In this document: in pieces, positions 23,412 through 33,778 of the stretch | Layout: each line of letters starts with the position of its first letter | Position numbering within the stretch: the first letter of the stretch is position 1 | DNA from: Fidelibacterota bacterium | GTDB lineage: Bacteria > Fidelibacterota > Marinisomatia > Marinisomatales > TCS56 | Length of the DNA stretch: 61,913 bases | Assembly: GCA_043822705.1 (NCBI GenBank) | Contig: JBDRBK010000041.1 | Location: forward strand, 1 to 61,913 | Reading direction: 5' to 3' | The notes under the pieces: generated by a model | Told to the model about the DNA's origin: nothing | What the model saw: the letters and a program-made list of their open reading frames with translations, nothing else | The model's database searches: none | Program-made: the position numbers and the translations under genes

Positions 23412-23440
23412 AACCTATATACCATTTTTACACATGTCAA
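23412..23440 (-). promoter_or_regulatory. Sigma70-type promoter for the TBDR/GH operon
   Basis: Minus strand TTGACA (23440-23435), 17-nt spacer, TAGGTT (23417-23412). Confidence 0.6.
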
Positions 23441-23636
23441 GAATTATTATCTGTCTTCCACCGTTTTGGATAAACGGCTAAATAGTGGACCGGCAACCAA
23501 CATTGCTAAGACACCAGAATATCGTTTCTAATACATCCTAAGTTTCTGGAATGACAATATTAACAAGGCTTCTATAGAGCTTACTAATTGCGATAATAAT
23601 TCGAGCTGATATTCAAAAACATCATTTTAAAGTTTA

Positions 23637-24119
23637 TCAAATTTCTCTGGACAATCTTTCAAGCGATATAGCAAATCCATTGTTCATCCAAAAATTACGG
23701 GCAACTTCGTTCTTTGCATGAATATCTAACTCAAGCCTGGTGACTCCTTTTGACTTGAACCATTTCACGAGTTCATTAATTAAGCTTTGCCCGCCGCCCT
23801 GACCACGATATGATCTGGTGATAATTAGGTCCTGGATATAACCATAATCACGGTTCTTAAAAACGGGCGAGCGCTCCGCCATAGTGCCAATGCAATACCC
23901 GATGACCATACCTTTAAATTGTGCAACAAGGATGCGGCTCCGGTTACTGCTTAAATTTTTCTGTACATAATCTGAAAAATTGTTATGCCCGTTCTCAGAA
24001 CGACTAAAATAGCGGTCCATTGCCGAGTGGTAGTCGGTGAACTCGATCCATAATTTTACTATCGCTGTTAAATCAGTCGTTACTGCTTTTCTAATAATGA
24101 GTTTATCGGATGGCAACAT
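23637..24119 (-). CDS. GNAT-family N-acetyltransferase
   Basis: IRKA, YRGQGGGQSL acetyl-CoA motif, N..ARNFW...GF. Start reassigned to ATG 24119. Confidence 0.9.
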   Translation of the reverse strand: MLPSDKLIIRKAVTTDLTAIVKLWIEFTDYHSAMDRYFSRSENGHNNFSDYVQKNLSSNRSRILVAQFKGMVIGYCIGTMAERSPVFKNRDYGYIQDLIITRSYRGQGGGQSLINELVKWFKSKGVTRLELDIHAKNEVARNFWMNNGFAISLERLSREI

Positions 24120-24437
24120 GTTATTAATAATAATGATTAGTAAATAATCCGCTGAGTGTCGTCGTATGTGTTTACCCGGCATCCATTGGTAACAAGGCAC
24201 AATTCCTGTTTCAGGAATATTCGCTTATTGCAACGATAAGTATGATCGCCGCCCAAACTGCAACAGGGACCCTGAAGACCATTTCCGGAGCAGGTTTTAT
24301 ATCGAGCTGCCAACACCGATCTCAATAATATTAACCCGACATAGCAGGAGCGTGAATTTAATTCTCCGTATCACCGGTAGATATCCCAGCACTGTCCCGG
24401 ATACGGATTAACGGCTGACTGCTGTAAAAGAACCAGC

Positions 24438-24872
24438 TTATTCATTGCCCCAGGCAATATCCTCTTCGCGCCAGCCGATCACCGAAGCCGGCAGAATGTG
24501 CGCCAGATAGAGTAACCCGGCCGCGGTCAATCCATTCACATAGATTTCGGCAATATTATGCCAGTAAATCACCACCAGCGCAGTAACAGTGAAAATGGCG
24601 TAGGCATACTTTAAGCCGAAATTAGTTACCTGGATTTCACGTTCGTCCAGTTTCGTTTCCGGCACGTGGACCAGGTGCCACAACCGTGTTTTGTAAAACA
24701 CGACATAATAAGTGATAATTATTGCCAGCAATAAAGATACTAGAATACCGACAGTAACTGCTGTCCAGTTGCTGTTTTTAAACAACTCGTAGAAAATGAT
24801 AGTGCTGCACAACATGAAGATATTGATTATAATAAGCAGTTTACGCTTGGCAAATGACAGGTTATTCTTCAT
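24438..24872 (-). CDS. Four-TM membrane protein ('LDERE' type, typical XRE partner)
   Basis: Hydrophobic helices and KLDEREIQ motif. Overlaps the XRE stop; GGAGA RBS. Confidence 0.7.
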   Translation of the reverse strand: MKNNLSFAKRKLLIIINIFMLCSTIIFYELFKNSNWTAVTVGILVSLLLAIIITYYVVFYKTRLWHLVHVPETKLDEREIQVTNFGLKYAYAIFTVTALVVIYWHNIAEIYVNGLTAAGLLYLAHILPASVIGWREEDIAWGNE

Positions 24873-25134
24873 TTTGGTCTCCCTGTTTAATCTGGGCTCT
24901 GAGCAACTCTTCACCCAGATGTGAAAATGGTGAAGTTGAAAAAATTACTTCCAGCGGAAGCTTGAAATACTCACTGATTTTAAAAGCAAGGTCGAGACTC
25001 GGATTATAATCCTGCCGCTCAAGATACCCGATTGTCTGAAAGTTGACACCAATTGCTTGGGCTAATTCCACTCGGGACAGCTTCCGGTCACGCCGGAGAA
25101 TGGCAATTCGATTAAATATCTTTCTTGTTTCCAT
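24862..25134 (-). CDS. XRE/Cro HTH transcriptional regulator
   Basis: NRIAILR...LSRVELAQAIGVNFQTIGYLERQDYNPSLDLAFKISEYF. Confidence 0.92.
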   Translation of the reverse strand: METRKIFNRIAILRRDRKLSRVELAQAIGVNFQTIGYLERQDYNPSLDLAFKISEYFKLPLEVIFSTSPFSHLGEELLRAQIKQGDQNEE

Positions 25135-25219
25135 AGCAGATATTAAACAAATTGTTATACTAATACAATAATTCGTTGGCACTCGACAATTTCTTTGTTA
25201 TCCATAGATGGTGTCGCAT

Positions 25220-26659
25220 TTAGTCTTCTTTTACCCAAATCCGGACTTCACCGTTGGCTCGTTTCTGGGTAAAGCGCTCGACCTGTCCAGTAGCATTGAT
25301 TTGAAATTCTATCGATCCGGGGACACCCTGAACAAAAAACTCGGTCGCCGAGGCTGGTAAAATTTCGACCCGTTTTACTGCATTCACCCCCAGGAATACT
25401 TTTCCATCTTCGACCATTATCAGCCGATAGCGTTCGCGGTTGACGGCGCCATCGCTGAATGAATAATATTTTCCGGTAAATGCTGTCAATTGCTCTTCAG
25501 CAACACCGGCACTTATTTTATCGACGATCTCCATTGGCTCCCCAATCGCGATGGCCGCTATCATTTCGGCAATACCCTGTGTGCCGGGAACCGCCGCGGG
25601 ATTTATCCTGTTGGATAAAATTGCCACATATAAATTCTCCTCCGGCAGATACATCCCATGGCATACGAACCCGAAAACACCGCCCCCATGGGATATATTA
25701 TACCGGCCCTTGAACTGGTTAATAAACCAGCCATAGCCATAACCGGCTTTCTCACCACCATAAAGATTATAGGAGGTAAAACACTTCCGCAGGCTTTCTT
25801 TCTTGATCAGACGTTCTTCCAGCAACGCCTTGTGCCAGATTACCAGGTCATCAACATTAGTTACCAGGCACCCGGCGGAATAAGGATGGGTCATGCTCAT
25901 GTAGGGAGCATTGATGTACACTTCACCGTCTTTACGATACCCCTTGACCAAACCATTGATTATAGTGCTTTTATCCCCGCAGAAGGTGTTCATCATCCCC
26001 AGGGGATTGAAAATCATACTTGCCATGTATTCCTGATAAGTACTCCCGCTGACCTTCTCAATGATTTTGCCCAGCAACACATATCCCGGATTACTGTATT
26101 TAAACTGACTTCCCGGTGGGGACAACAGCGGTGCATCTTTGAACCCTTCGATCAGGCAATCCACGTCACAATCATTTCTGATATTGGTGTAGTCAATGAA
26201 ATCCTCTATCCCCGATGTGTGTGTTAACAGCTGTTCGATTGTAACCGGATACTCTTTCCGCGGAAAATCGTCCAGGTAATCGAAAATAGAATCATCGAGC
26301 TTCAACTTGCCCTGTTCGAGCAGCATCATAACTGCAACGGCGGTAAACTGTTTGGTCATCGAGCCGATTTTGAACGACATTTCCGGTTTTAACCGGCAAC
26401 CCAGTTGTAGATCAGCCATTCCAAAGGCTTGCCGATACAGTACTTCATTATCCTTATAGACCAATACTACTGCCCCGGGCTCGTCCGGTTTATAATACCG
26501 CGTCAGGGCCTGGTCAAGGTCCCGGATCGTCCGTTTGTGGGCCAGATTGAACGGCTTCCAGTTGCCGGCACTCAAACCTGTCAGCACGAACAGAATTGCC
26601 AGTAATATTCTGTTACAAATGATTTTAGATCGTCCTGAATATATTTTTTTATCCATCAT
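25220..26659 (-). CDS. Secreted serine hydrolase (class C beta-lactamase / D-aminopeptidase-like)
   Basis: FKIGSMTKQFT (SxxK), LLTHTSG, YSN, HGG; signal peptide. Confidence 0.9.
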   Translation of the reverse strand: MMDKKIYSGRSKIICNRILLAILFVLTGLSAGNWKPFNLAHKRTIRDLDQALTRYYKPDEPGAVVLVYKDNEVLYRQAFGMADLQLGCRLKPEMSFKIGSMTKQFTAVAVMMLLEQGKLKLDDSIFDYLDDFPRKEYPVTIEQLLTHTSGIEDFIDYTNIRNDCDVDCLIEGFKDAPLLSPPGSQFKYSNPGYVLLGKIIEKVSGSTYQEYMASMIFNPLGMMNTFCGDKSTIINGLVKGYRKDGEVYINAPYMSMTHPYSAGCLVTNVDDLVIWHKALLEERLIKKESLRKCFTSYNLYGGEKAGYGYGWFINQFKGRYNISHGGGVFGFVCHGMYLPEENLYVAILSNRINPAAVPGTQGIAEMIAAIAIGEPMEIVDKISAGVAEEQLTAFTGKYYSFSDGAVNRERYRLIMVEDGKVFLGVNAVKRVEILPASATEFFVQGVPGSIEFQINATGQVERFTQKRANGEVRIWVKED

Positions 26660-26720
26660 TAGTTACCTTTCAAGTAATGTTTACTGCTGAATATTACCAT
26701 GACTACCGGGAGCGGCTCAA

Positions 26721-26762
26721 TAGTACTAAGGTATTGTTTTTATATATAGTACTATAGTACTA
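26721..26762. promoter_or_regulatory. TAGTACTA repeats, probable LuxR binding sites
   Basis: TAGTACTA at 26721, 26747 and 26755. 26747-26762 is a perfect 16-bp palindrome between divergent genes. Confidence 0.55.
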
Positions 26763-26836
26763 CTGTCATTTTAGTTCTTTACTCTGTTGTTAAATCTATA
26801 ATTACATCCACGCCCGTATTTAAATTTCCGGCGCTT

Positions 26837-27796
26837 ATGCTGGAACACATCAAAATCTTTATCAGCGTACTATTCATCCTGGCCGGTACCGGGATCGTTT
26901 TCTTGATCGGCCAACGGGCGCAGAAATATCCCTATCCGTACATCAAATCACTGTTCCATTACTGTATTGTGCTGATTCTGGTATTCTTGAGCCTGTTTAT
27001 ATCCAAATATTTGAATATCAATTTTTCTGAAATTCAAACCCTGCGCAACGCATGGATTTACCGGGATTTAGGAATTCTTGTATTTACCCTTATCGAGCTG
27101 TGGCTGATAGTTTTTCTAACCCGGACGGCTCTACAGATGCTTGAAATTCCCTGCTCGCAGCAGGTGTTGCCGATTGCGCTGGGAGCCAGCATCCTGTTAG
27201 TAATTTCATATATTTTAAAAGTTTGGATTGGCCAGACCGGACCGTTTTTCGCTCTGCTCCATGCGATCCATAATTTTCTATGGAATAATTTGATTGTGCT
27301 TGAGCTCCCGATTCTCATCGGTCTATTAATCGCTAATCGTAAAACGGCTGATCGTTCCCAGCGAAGAATATTCAATATCTTTGGTCTCTGGTTTATCGCC
27401 CGCTACCCCTTACTGTTAATATCAATGGGACTGCTTTACCGGTTCAACCAATCGATCATTCTTCAGTTGAGCCTGACAATATTCTTTTTCCTAATGTTTA
27501 TCGGCACTCCTTTAGGTTGGATTGAACTGATGTTCAAACCATACGCCCAAAGCTTGATTAAGACCGCCGAAAAGCGTCCCGGGTTTGAAGCATTGCTGGA
27601 GCACTATAAGATCTCGGGGCGCGAAAAGGAAATTATCGTTCTCATTCTGAATGGCGACAGTAATTATGTTATTGCCCGTAAGCTGTTTATTGCCCTTCCA
27701 ACAGTTAAAAATCATATCTACAATATCTATCAGAAGCTTGAGCTCAGCAGTCGCTACCAACTTATGCAGCTGTTCAGTAACGATGGAAGCTTATAA
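26837..27796 (+). CDS. Membrane-embedded LuxR-family regulator (about 7 TM plus C-terminal HTH)
   Basis: ISGREKEII...SNYVIARKLFIALPTVKNHIYNIYQKL; hydrophobic N-terminal region. Confidence 0.9.
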   Translation: MLEHIKIFISVLFILAGTGIVFLIGQRAQKYPYPYIKSLFHYCIVLILVFLSLFISKYLNINFSEIQTLRNAWIYRDLGILVFTLIELWLIVFLTRTALQMLEIPCSQQVLPIALGASILLVISYILKVWIGQTGPFFALLHAIHNFLWNNLIVLELPILIGLLIANRKTADRSQRRIFNIFGLWFIARYPLLLISMGLLYRFNQSIILQLSLTIFFFLMFIGTPLGWIELMFKPYAQSLIKTAEKRPGFEALLEHYKISGREKEIIVLILNGDSNYVIARKLFIALPTVKNHIYNIYQKLELSSRYQLMQLFSNDGSL

Positions 27797-28076
27797 CAGA
27801 AGCAGAAATTGTCGGACCGAATAAGTCAATCGGTACTGCCCCGGAAATCGCCACTTATAAGAAAAACACCTTCCCTTATTTGACCTGTCCATCGTAGTCG
27901 CGAGATGAAGTTGGATGAAAAACGCCGGTGGAAAGGCGCCGTACTGTTGCCAGGTTCTGTCGCTTGTTGGCACATGGAAATCAAATGCCGCGACATGTCT
28001 ATTGTCCAGACCATAGTTCGAATACCGGAACACCTTTTTCGGGCGTATCCCGTAATTATTCTATAGTATTACCAAC

Positions 28077-29315
28077 TTATAGTGTGAACTGATTTACCAA
28101 TACGGTCAAGGCATCTGCTTCGCGGCTCAATTGTTGGGCGGCCGAAGCCATCTGTTGGGCAGAACGAGCAGAATGCTTGGTCACGGTGCTGATACCTTCG
28201 ACATTTGCGGATATTTCCTCAGCACCACTACTTTGTTGTTCGACCATTACAGCTACCTGGCTGAAAACTCCATCAACTTTTTTTACAACATCAATTATTT
28301 CTGATAATACATTACCGGATTTACCAACCAAATCAACACCGACTTCAACCTCCTTAATACCGTCTTTCATTGCTGTAACGGCACTGCTGGTCCCGTTCTG
28401 GATTCCTTTTATCATTTCGGCAATTTCGGCTGTAGCTTTTGTTGTGCGCTCGGCCAAAACGCGAACTTCATCAGCTACAACCGCAAATCCGCGGCCTTGA
28501 TCACCGGCACGGGCGGCCTCAATATTGGCATTTAATGCCAATAGATTTGTCTGATCGGCAATATCATCAATCACTGAGATAATCTGGCCAATTTCTTTCG
28601 ACTGCTGGCCCAGTTTTCCTATCAGTTGCGCTGAAGACTGTACTGAACAACTGATGCGTTCCATTCCACTGACTGCTTGTTGGACAATATCACCGCCATT
28701 CGTAGCCACATCAGTAGCATTTTTAGCTAAGCTGGAAGCGTTATTGATATGGTTTGATGATTCCAGGATCGTTGCCGCCATTTCCTCAATTGAAGTAGCT
28801 ACTTCGGATGTTTGAGATTGCTGCTCTTCCGACCCCGTTGCCAACTGTTCACTGGAGGCTGATATATCCTGGGCGGCACCAGCAACTTGGTTGGCACTTT
28901 CCTTAACCGATGAGATAATCGAGTGTAGCTGTTTGATAAATATATTTATTCCCTGTACTAATTCTCCAATTTCATCCTGTCTATCAAATTCCATACTTTT
29001 ATTTAGATCATTTGTATCATTGATACTCCGAACCAGATTATTCAGGTTTTGTATCGGGAATACTACTTGTCGATAAGAAATATATACGCCACCGAGTACG
29101 GCAAAAATTGCAATTGGTGCACCAATTGCCAGGGCTAAAACATTAAACTGTAAATATCCGGTGACAAAGCCTGTCATCACTACACATACTATTCCGGGAA
29201 CTAATGGTATTACATTCCGGCTAAACACCCCACGTCGGAACTTCAGATATATCAACCCTGTAATTATAAGGCCAATTACAATATTTGTAACAGCAAATTG
29301 GATTATCACGTTCAT
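28077..29315 (-). CDS. Methyl-accepting chemotaxis protein (TM helices, HAMP, signalling domain)
   Basis: DEIGEL (HAMP), [35 protein letters not shown]. Start reassigned to ATG 29315. Confidence 0.93.
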   Translation of the reverse strand: MNVIIQFAVTNIVIGLIITGLIYLKFRRGVFSRNVIPLVPGIVCVVMTGFVTGYLQFNVLALAIGAPIAIFAVLGGVYISYRQVVFPIQNLNNLVRSINDTNDLNKSMEFDRQDEIGELVQGINIFIKQLHSIISSVKESANQVAGAAQDISASSEQLATGSEEQQSQTSEVATSIEEMAATILESSNHINNASSLAKNATDVATNGGDIVQQAVSGMERISCSVQSSAQLIGKLGQQSKEIGQIISVIDDIADQTNLLALNANIEAARAGDQGRGFAVVADEVRVLAERTTKATAEIAEMIKGIQNGTSSAVTAMKDGIKEVEVGVDLVGKSGNVLSEIIDVVKKVDGVFSQVAVMVEQQSSGAEEISANVEGISTVTKHSARSAQQMASAAQQLSREADALTVLVNQFTL

Positions 29316-29529
29316 TTGCAATCCCTTTGAATGAATTTTAGGCCTAACCATCAAAATTGACTCGACCGAAAGACCTCCTGTCAATTTCTTTAGTATGATC
29401 GAATTACTGGCTACTATCAGGATTAGCAATATTTGCATCGCAGGAAATATCCCGCCCTGCAAAGTGAAGCACAAGATTCACGGAAGATTCAAAAAGCCTG
29501 TTTGATTCATCACTATCCGCATTTATTTG

Positions 29530-29545
29530 ACAAATACTGTGCCAA
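29530..29545 (-). promoter_or_regulatory. Possible sigma54 (-24/-12) promoter for the MCP
   Basis: Minus strand TGGCAC-AGTAT-TTGT, one mismatch from TGGCAC-N5-TTGC. Confidence 0.35.
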
Positions 29546-29724
29546 TTCAATTGCCATAGATATAATATCTAAATAAAGACAATCCTTTAACTTGATAATT
29601 CCCTGCGGCTTGCCGCAAGGTCAGAGAGTTAAATATTTTCATCTGGGTAGATAATCAAAGCAGCTTCGGTAAAGAAACCGGGCAGTAACTGCCGCATTGC
29701 ACTACTGAATCAGGTTTGTGGAGG

Positions 29725-30861
29725 TTATTTCAGCAGCAGCAATTTTCTGGTTTGCAGGAAGCGACTGGTCTTGAGTTGATAGAAATAAAACCCCGAACTG
29801 ACCGGTTGTCCATATCGATCGATTGCTGGCCACTGAATTGTATGCGAGCCGGCAGTCTGGTTAGCGTTTACCAGTGTAGCGATTTGCTGACCCTGTAGAT
29901 TGAAGATCGCAACCTGCACAATGTCCGCAACAGGCAGGTTATAACGAATTGTGGTCAACGGGTTGAAGGGATTCGGATAGTTGGGATAGAGCATGAATTC
30001 CCGGGGGGGTTCGATATCGATAACAGTCGTGATATCCGGGCCGGTGACATTTATAGTGATCGGGACTGAAATTTCTGGTGAAACAGTATCATTGGAGGTA
30101 ATCAGTATGGCAGTTTTATAGTATCCGGCAGACAGTTCGGTAGCATCAATATGGATGCTCAGATATTCCACCTCTGATTGCTCCGGGTGGTCATTCTTCC
30201 GCTCAACCATTAACCACTCCGCCGGAATCCGTTCGCGGGTATAGGAAAAACCACCCCCGGTACCACCACCCGAAAAGCTGTGAAGGAGAAAATCCAAATA
30301 TATTTCATCACCGGGAAGATAAATTTTTCCAGGTACACCGACAACGCTCGGGGGACTGTTGCCGGCTGCTTCGATAAATGGTGCCCAAGAATCGATTGGA
30401 GTGGTATCCGCTGCTGCGTTCCCAAAAAACCATACTGTGCCTGCCGGTGACAAAGCAGGATTATTATAGGGGTTGTTGTACCCGGATTCGGTGATCGGAT
30501 TGAAAAACGATTGAATATCTTTGCGGGTAATGGCCACGCCGGCGGTGATTTGATCCTGATTCTCCGGAAGCGACCAGTCGGCAAAATTTTCTTTGGTGAA
30601 GACAAGTGGTGGATTGGCAACATAATCCCAGACCAGACCGGTATCGCCGGCAGCTGATATCGCCAGCACGCTATCAACGATCAAATTGGCCGGGGCAGAA
30701 TAAGTCAGATCGAGGTTCAGTTCCAATGGCATCACAGTAATTGTGACTTGCCTGACAGGATTTCCTTGGGCACGCATTGCAGCTGTGGTTAATACTATAA
30801 TTAGCGCTATTGCCAGCATCAACCAGGTCCGCCGATGATTCAAATAATATTTTTTATTCAT
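29725..30861 (-). CDS. Secreted protein with secretion CTD
   Basis: Signal peptide, BACON-like segment (IDATELSAGYY...ITSND), NYPNPFNP...SSGFYFY...TRKLLLLK. Confidence 0.8.
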   Translation of the reverse strand: MNKKYYLNHRRTWLMLAIALIIVLTTAAMRAQGNPVRQVTITVMPLELNLDLTYSAPANLIVDSVLAISAAGDTGLVWDYVANPPLVFTKENFADWSLPENQDQITAGVAITRKDIQSFFNPITESGYNNPYNNPALSPAGTVWFFGNAAADTTPIDSWAPFIEAAGNSPPSVVGVPGKIYLPGDEIYLDFLLHSFSGGGTGGGFSYTRERIPAEWLMVERKNDHPEQSEVEYLSIHIDATELSAGYYKTAILITSNDTVSPEISVPITINVTGPDITTVIDIEPPREFMLYPNYPNPFNPLTTIRYNLPVADIVQVAIFNLQGQQIATLVNANQTAGSHTIQWPAIDRYGQPVSSGFYFYQLKTSRFLQTRKLLLLK

Positions 30862-31222
30862 TAGAGATATGAAAAATAGTATGGATTACCAGAAAAAAAA
30901 AGTTAATCCAAGACCTGTCCCTTCAATGGGGCGCTCATGTATTGTCAGTATAAGATACAACACAACATCAGTTAAACGAATTTCATTCGACATTACTGGC
31001 CAGGACCGTACCAAACACGGCGCAACTTGGGCACACTTAAACTCATAAATCCACTGCCGGAATAATAACACGGGCTTGTGCCTGTGAGCCAACCAGTCGA
31101 CACTCTCTGGGTTATGACAAGGCAGGCGACAAACCTGCGGATCACTCACATGACCCAGTCGGACAAGTGCGTAATTCCGGTGGATCGCCAATAAATTATA
31201 AATGGAGTCAAAGGTTGAACGA

Positions 31223-31903
31223 TCAGATGCTGTCTCTTCCCAGTAATTGGAAACCCTGCTTCCTGAGATTAATAAATTCACTCATCGTGTGTGCATCACT
31301 GTTAACATACAAATATCGTGCATGGTCCAACATGACCTTCAGATTGTCCAAATCGGTCTTGCCATACGCCAGGTTGGCGCAGTTCAATTCCAGCGCAATT
31401 CCACGAGAATTGGCTGCTTCGACAATGTGAATTATATCATTCACACTTAAAAATGGCGCAAACTGCCTGGTGCATAAGTGACTCAGGATATTTATACTCG
31501 CCCCGAACCTGCTGATTGCATTCAGGTAAGCAAGTTTAATCTGCTTTAGATCACCGCGATATACTTTAAGGTGCGCCGATAGAAGAATAAACTCCGGCGT
31601 GATATCCTGAATATGGTCGCAGATATCGCCATCCACATTCAACAGGTCTGCTTCGACACCAAATATTACATTGACATTATTATGAATATTGGTCCATCGA
31701 CCGGACGATATAATATCATAGTGTGTTTTCCTTGATATTCCATAAGCATCTAACAATACCTGGCTGTGATCGGTGAAAGCTATTTTCTGATAACCCAGGC
31801 CCCCGGCCGCGATTACAATTTCATCAATTGAATTGAAACCGTCGGAAAAGGTCGCCGAATGAATATGAAAATCGCCGGTGTTGCCCGGATTAATTATTTC
31901 CAT
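31223..31903 (-). CDS. PHP-domain phosphoesterase
   Basis: DFHIHS..SDG, FTDH, GVEAD, SAH, NSDAH. Confidence 0.88.
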   Translation of the reverse strand: MEIINPGNTGDFHIHSATFSDGFNSIDEIVIAAGGLGYQKIAFTDHSQVLLDAYGISRKTHYDIISSGRWTNIHNNVNVIFGVEADLLNVDGDICDHIQDITPEFILLSAHLKVYRGDLKQIKLAYLNAISRFGASINILSHLCTRQFAPFLSVNDIIHIVEAANSRGIALELNCANLAYGKTDLDNLKVMLDHARYLYVNSDAHTMSEFINLRKQGFQLLGRDSI

Positions 31904-32672
31904 CTGTCATGATTCCTGCCAATTCAATAATTCCAATCAAATCTATGTTACTACCCGCAATCGAGCATCGTTGCTCAACCGTATTGTATCCCCAGCTTGC
32001 CAGCAGACAAGCTACACCGGTTTTGCTAACTTTCTCTACCGTATCAAGGTGATCATCAACAAAAATTGCTTCACAGGGCGATAAATCATGCTTCTGCATC
32101 AATCTGCTGATTATATCTGGTTTGGAGAGACCGCGGCCGGCCTGGTGGATTTGATCCGGCTCCAGTCGGACACCATGATGATCCAGTATCTCCGCAATAT
32201 AACGCACCGCCTTGGTCGATACGATCCGCAGGATAAGTTCCGGTTTTAACGATTGCAGAAAATCGATCATTCCTTCGTAAGGGGGATTGAGTCTGATCCA
32301 GTTCGCGTGATCACTGGTCATGAGTGCTTCTCTTTCAGCATAAAAAAGCTGATAATACGGCTCCCGGCGATCCGGATGGGTATCGTGAAAGCTGTCGAAA
32401 TCCGCTTGATCGGTGATTGCGATACCCTCCGCCAGGGCCTGGAACAGATACAGGTAATCTTCCCCTGAACGGATATACGGCCGCGTGGCCCGAAACCGGC
32501 TCAACAAATCGGTCGGTATCTCCTGTGGTGCTTTAATTCTGGAATTGTTACCTATAAAAGCCTGATAACCGTTATAAGCCGCCACCGCGCATTCCAGCAC
32601 GCTGTCAACGATGACGCCATCGAAGTCCAGCGCCAGCAGCCGGATTGACCGTACTTCCTGCATTACACGCAA
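31890..32672 (-). CDS. HAD-superfamily hydrolase/phosphatase
   Basis: LDFDGVIVDS (motif I), VSTK, K, FVDD, ASWGY. Confidence 0.88.
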   Translation of the reverse strand: MRVMQEVRSIRLLALDFDGVIVDSVLECAVAAYNGYQAFIGNNSRIKAPQEIPTDLLSRFRATRPYIRSGEDYLYLFQALAEGIAITDQADFDSFHDTHPDRREPYYQLFYAEREALMTSDHANWIRLNPPYEGMIDFLQSLKPELILRIVSTKAVRYIAEILDHHGVRLEPDQIHQAGRGLSKPDIISRLMQKHDLSPCEAIFVDDHLDTVEKVSKTGVACLLASWGYNTVEQRCSIAGSNIDLIGIIELAGIMTDGNN

Positions 32673-32684
32673 TTACTATTTATA

Positions 32685-33767
32685 TTACCGCTGGACCCGG
32701 GCCGATCCGCCTTTGGCCAGAGCCTCCACTTCCGGCAGTTTGGCCATGGTGGTATCACCGGGAAAAGTGGTCAGCAAGGCGCCATGCGCCCAACCCAGAC
32801 GGACCGCCTCATCCGGCGTGCGGCCTGCCAGCATTCCGTAGATCAGGCCCGAAGCAAAACCATCGCCACCACCGATGCGGTCGATGACATTGAGTTCGCA
32901 GGTTGGACTGACGTATTGCTGCCCGTCATACCACAGGACAGCGCCCCACTGGTGACGGTTGGCCGATTGCACTTCCCGCAGCGTGGTGCCGACCATCCTG
33001 ATATTCGGAAAGACCTGCTTAACAGACTCGATCATCTGAAAGAAAACGGATGCATCCAACTTCGATTTCTTTTCCACTTCCGGACCTTTGATTCCCAGCC
33101 CCATCTGCAGGTCCTCTTCGTTACCGATCAGCACATCCACATTTTCAACGATGCGCTTGAATGTGGCCTGCGCCTGTGCCAGTCCACCAATGGATTCCCA
33201 GAGCTTCCCACGATAGTTCAGATCAAAGGAGGTCACGGCACCATATTTCTGGGCCGCCTGCATGGCTTCAATAATTAATTCGGAGGTAGTCTCAGATAAG
33301 GCCGCATAAATGCCGCCGGAATGGAACCAGCGCACACCGTTGCCAAATATTTCATCCCAGTCAAAGTCACCGGGCTTGAGCAAGGCCCCGGCTTCATTGG
33401 CGCGATTGTAAAAGACCACCGGCGGCCGGACGCCATAGCCCAGGTCGCTGTAAACCGTAGCGATATTCGGTCCGCGGGCGCCATCATGATCGAACCATTT
33501 ATAGAACGGTTTCACACCCATTTCCCGGACCCGGGTCTGCACCAGTTCACCGATACCGTAATTGACCATGGCCGTGGCAATGCCCGTTGTCAGTCCGAAA
33601 CAGTCTGCCAGGTTGGCGGCGACATTGTACTCACCGCCGGACACATGAATCGTCACCGTCCGGGCTTTGCGAAACGGTATCCGGCCGGGATCCAGCCGGT
33701 GGATCAGGGCTCCCAGCGACAGAAAATCCAACGCACATTCATCCTGTCTGATCTTTAATTCAGTCAT
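32685..33767 (-). CDS. kdgK: PfkB sugar-acid kinase (KdgK-like; possibly acting as gluconate kinase)
   Basis: GGEYNVAANL, SFDLNYR.KLW, GNEED, DRIGGGDGFASGLIYG. Confidence 0.75.
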   Translation of the reverse strand: MTELKIRQDECALDFLSLGALIHRLDPGRIPFRKARTVTIHVSGGEYNVAANLADCFGLTTGIATAMVNYGIGELVQTRVREMGVKPFYKWFDHDGARGPNIATVYSDLGYGVRPPVVFYNRANEAGALLKPGDFDWDEIFGNGVRWFHSGGIYAALSETTSELIIEAMQAAQKYGAVTSFDLNYRGKLWESIGGLAQAQATFKRIVENVDVLIGNEEDLQMGLGIKGPEVEKKSKLDASVFFQMIESVKQVFPNIRMVGTTLREVQSANRHQWGAVLWYDGQQYVSPTCELNVIDRIGGGDGFASGLIYGMLAGRTPDEAVRLGWAHGALLTTFPGDTTMAKLPEVEALAKGGSARVQR

Positions 33768-33778
33768 GATTCAATCCA

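Noticed and set aside
24200..24437. Possible methyltransferase remnant (IIEIGVGS)
   Set aside because: A single short motif followed by a stop, with nothing else supporting it.
29320..29720. c-di-GMP or other riboswitch upstream of the MCP
   Set aside because: No GEMM-type conserved motifs found by eye; an Infernal/Rfam scan would settle it.
30886..31281. 131-aa ORF or structured RNA upstream of the CTD protein
   Set aside because: It overlaps the PHP gene, has atypical composition and shows no convincing fold.
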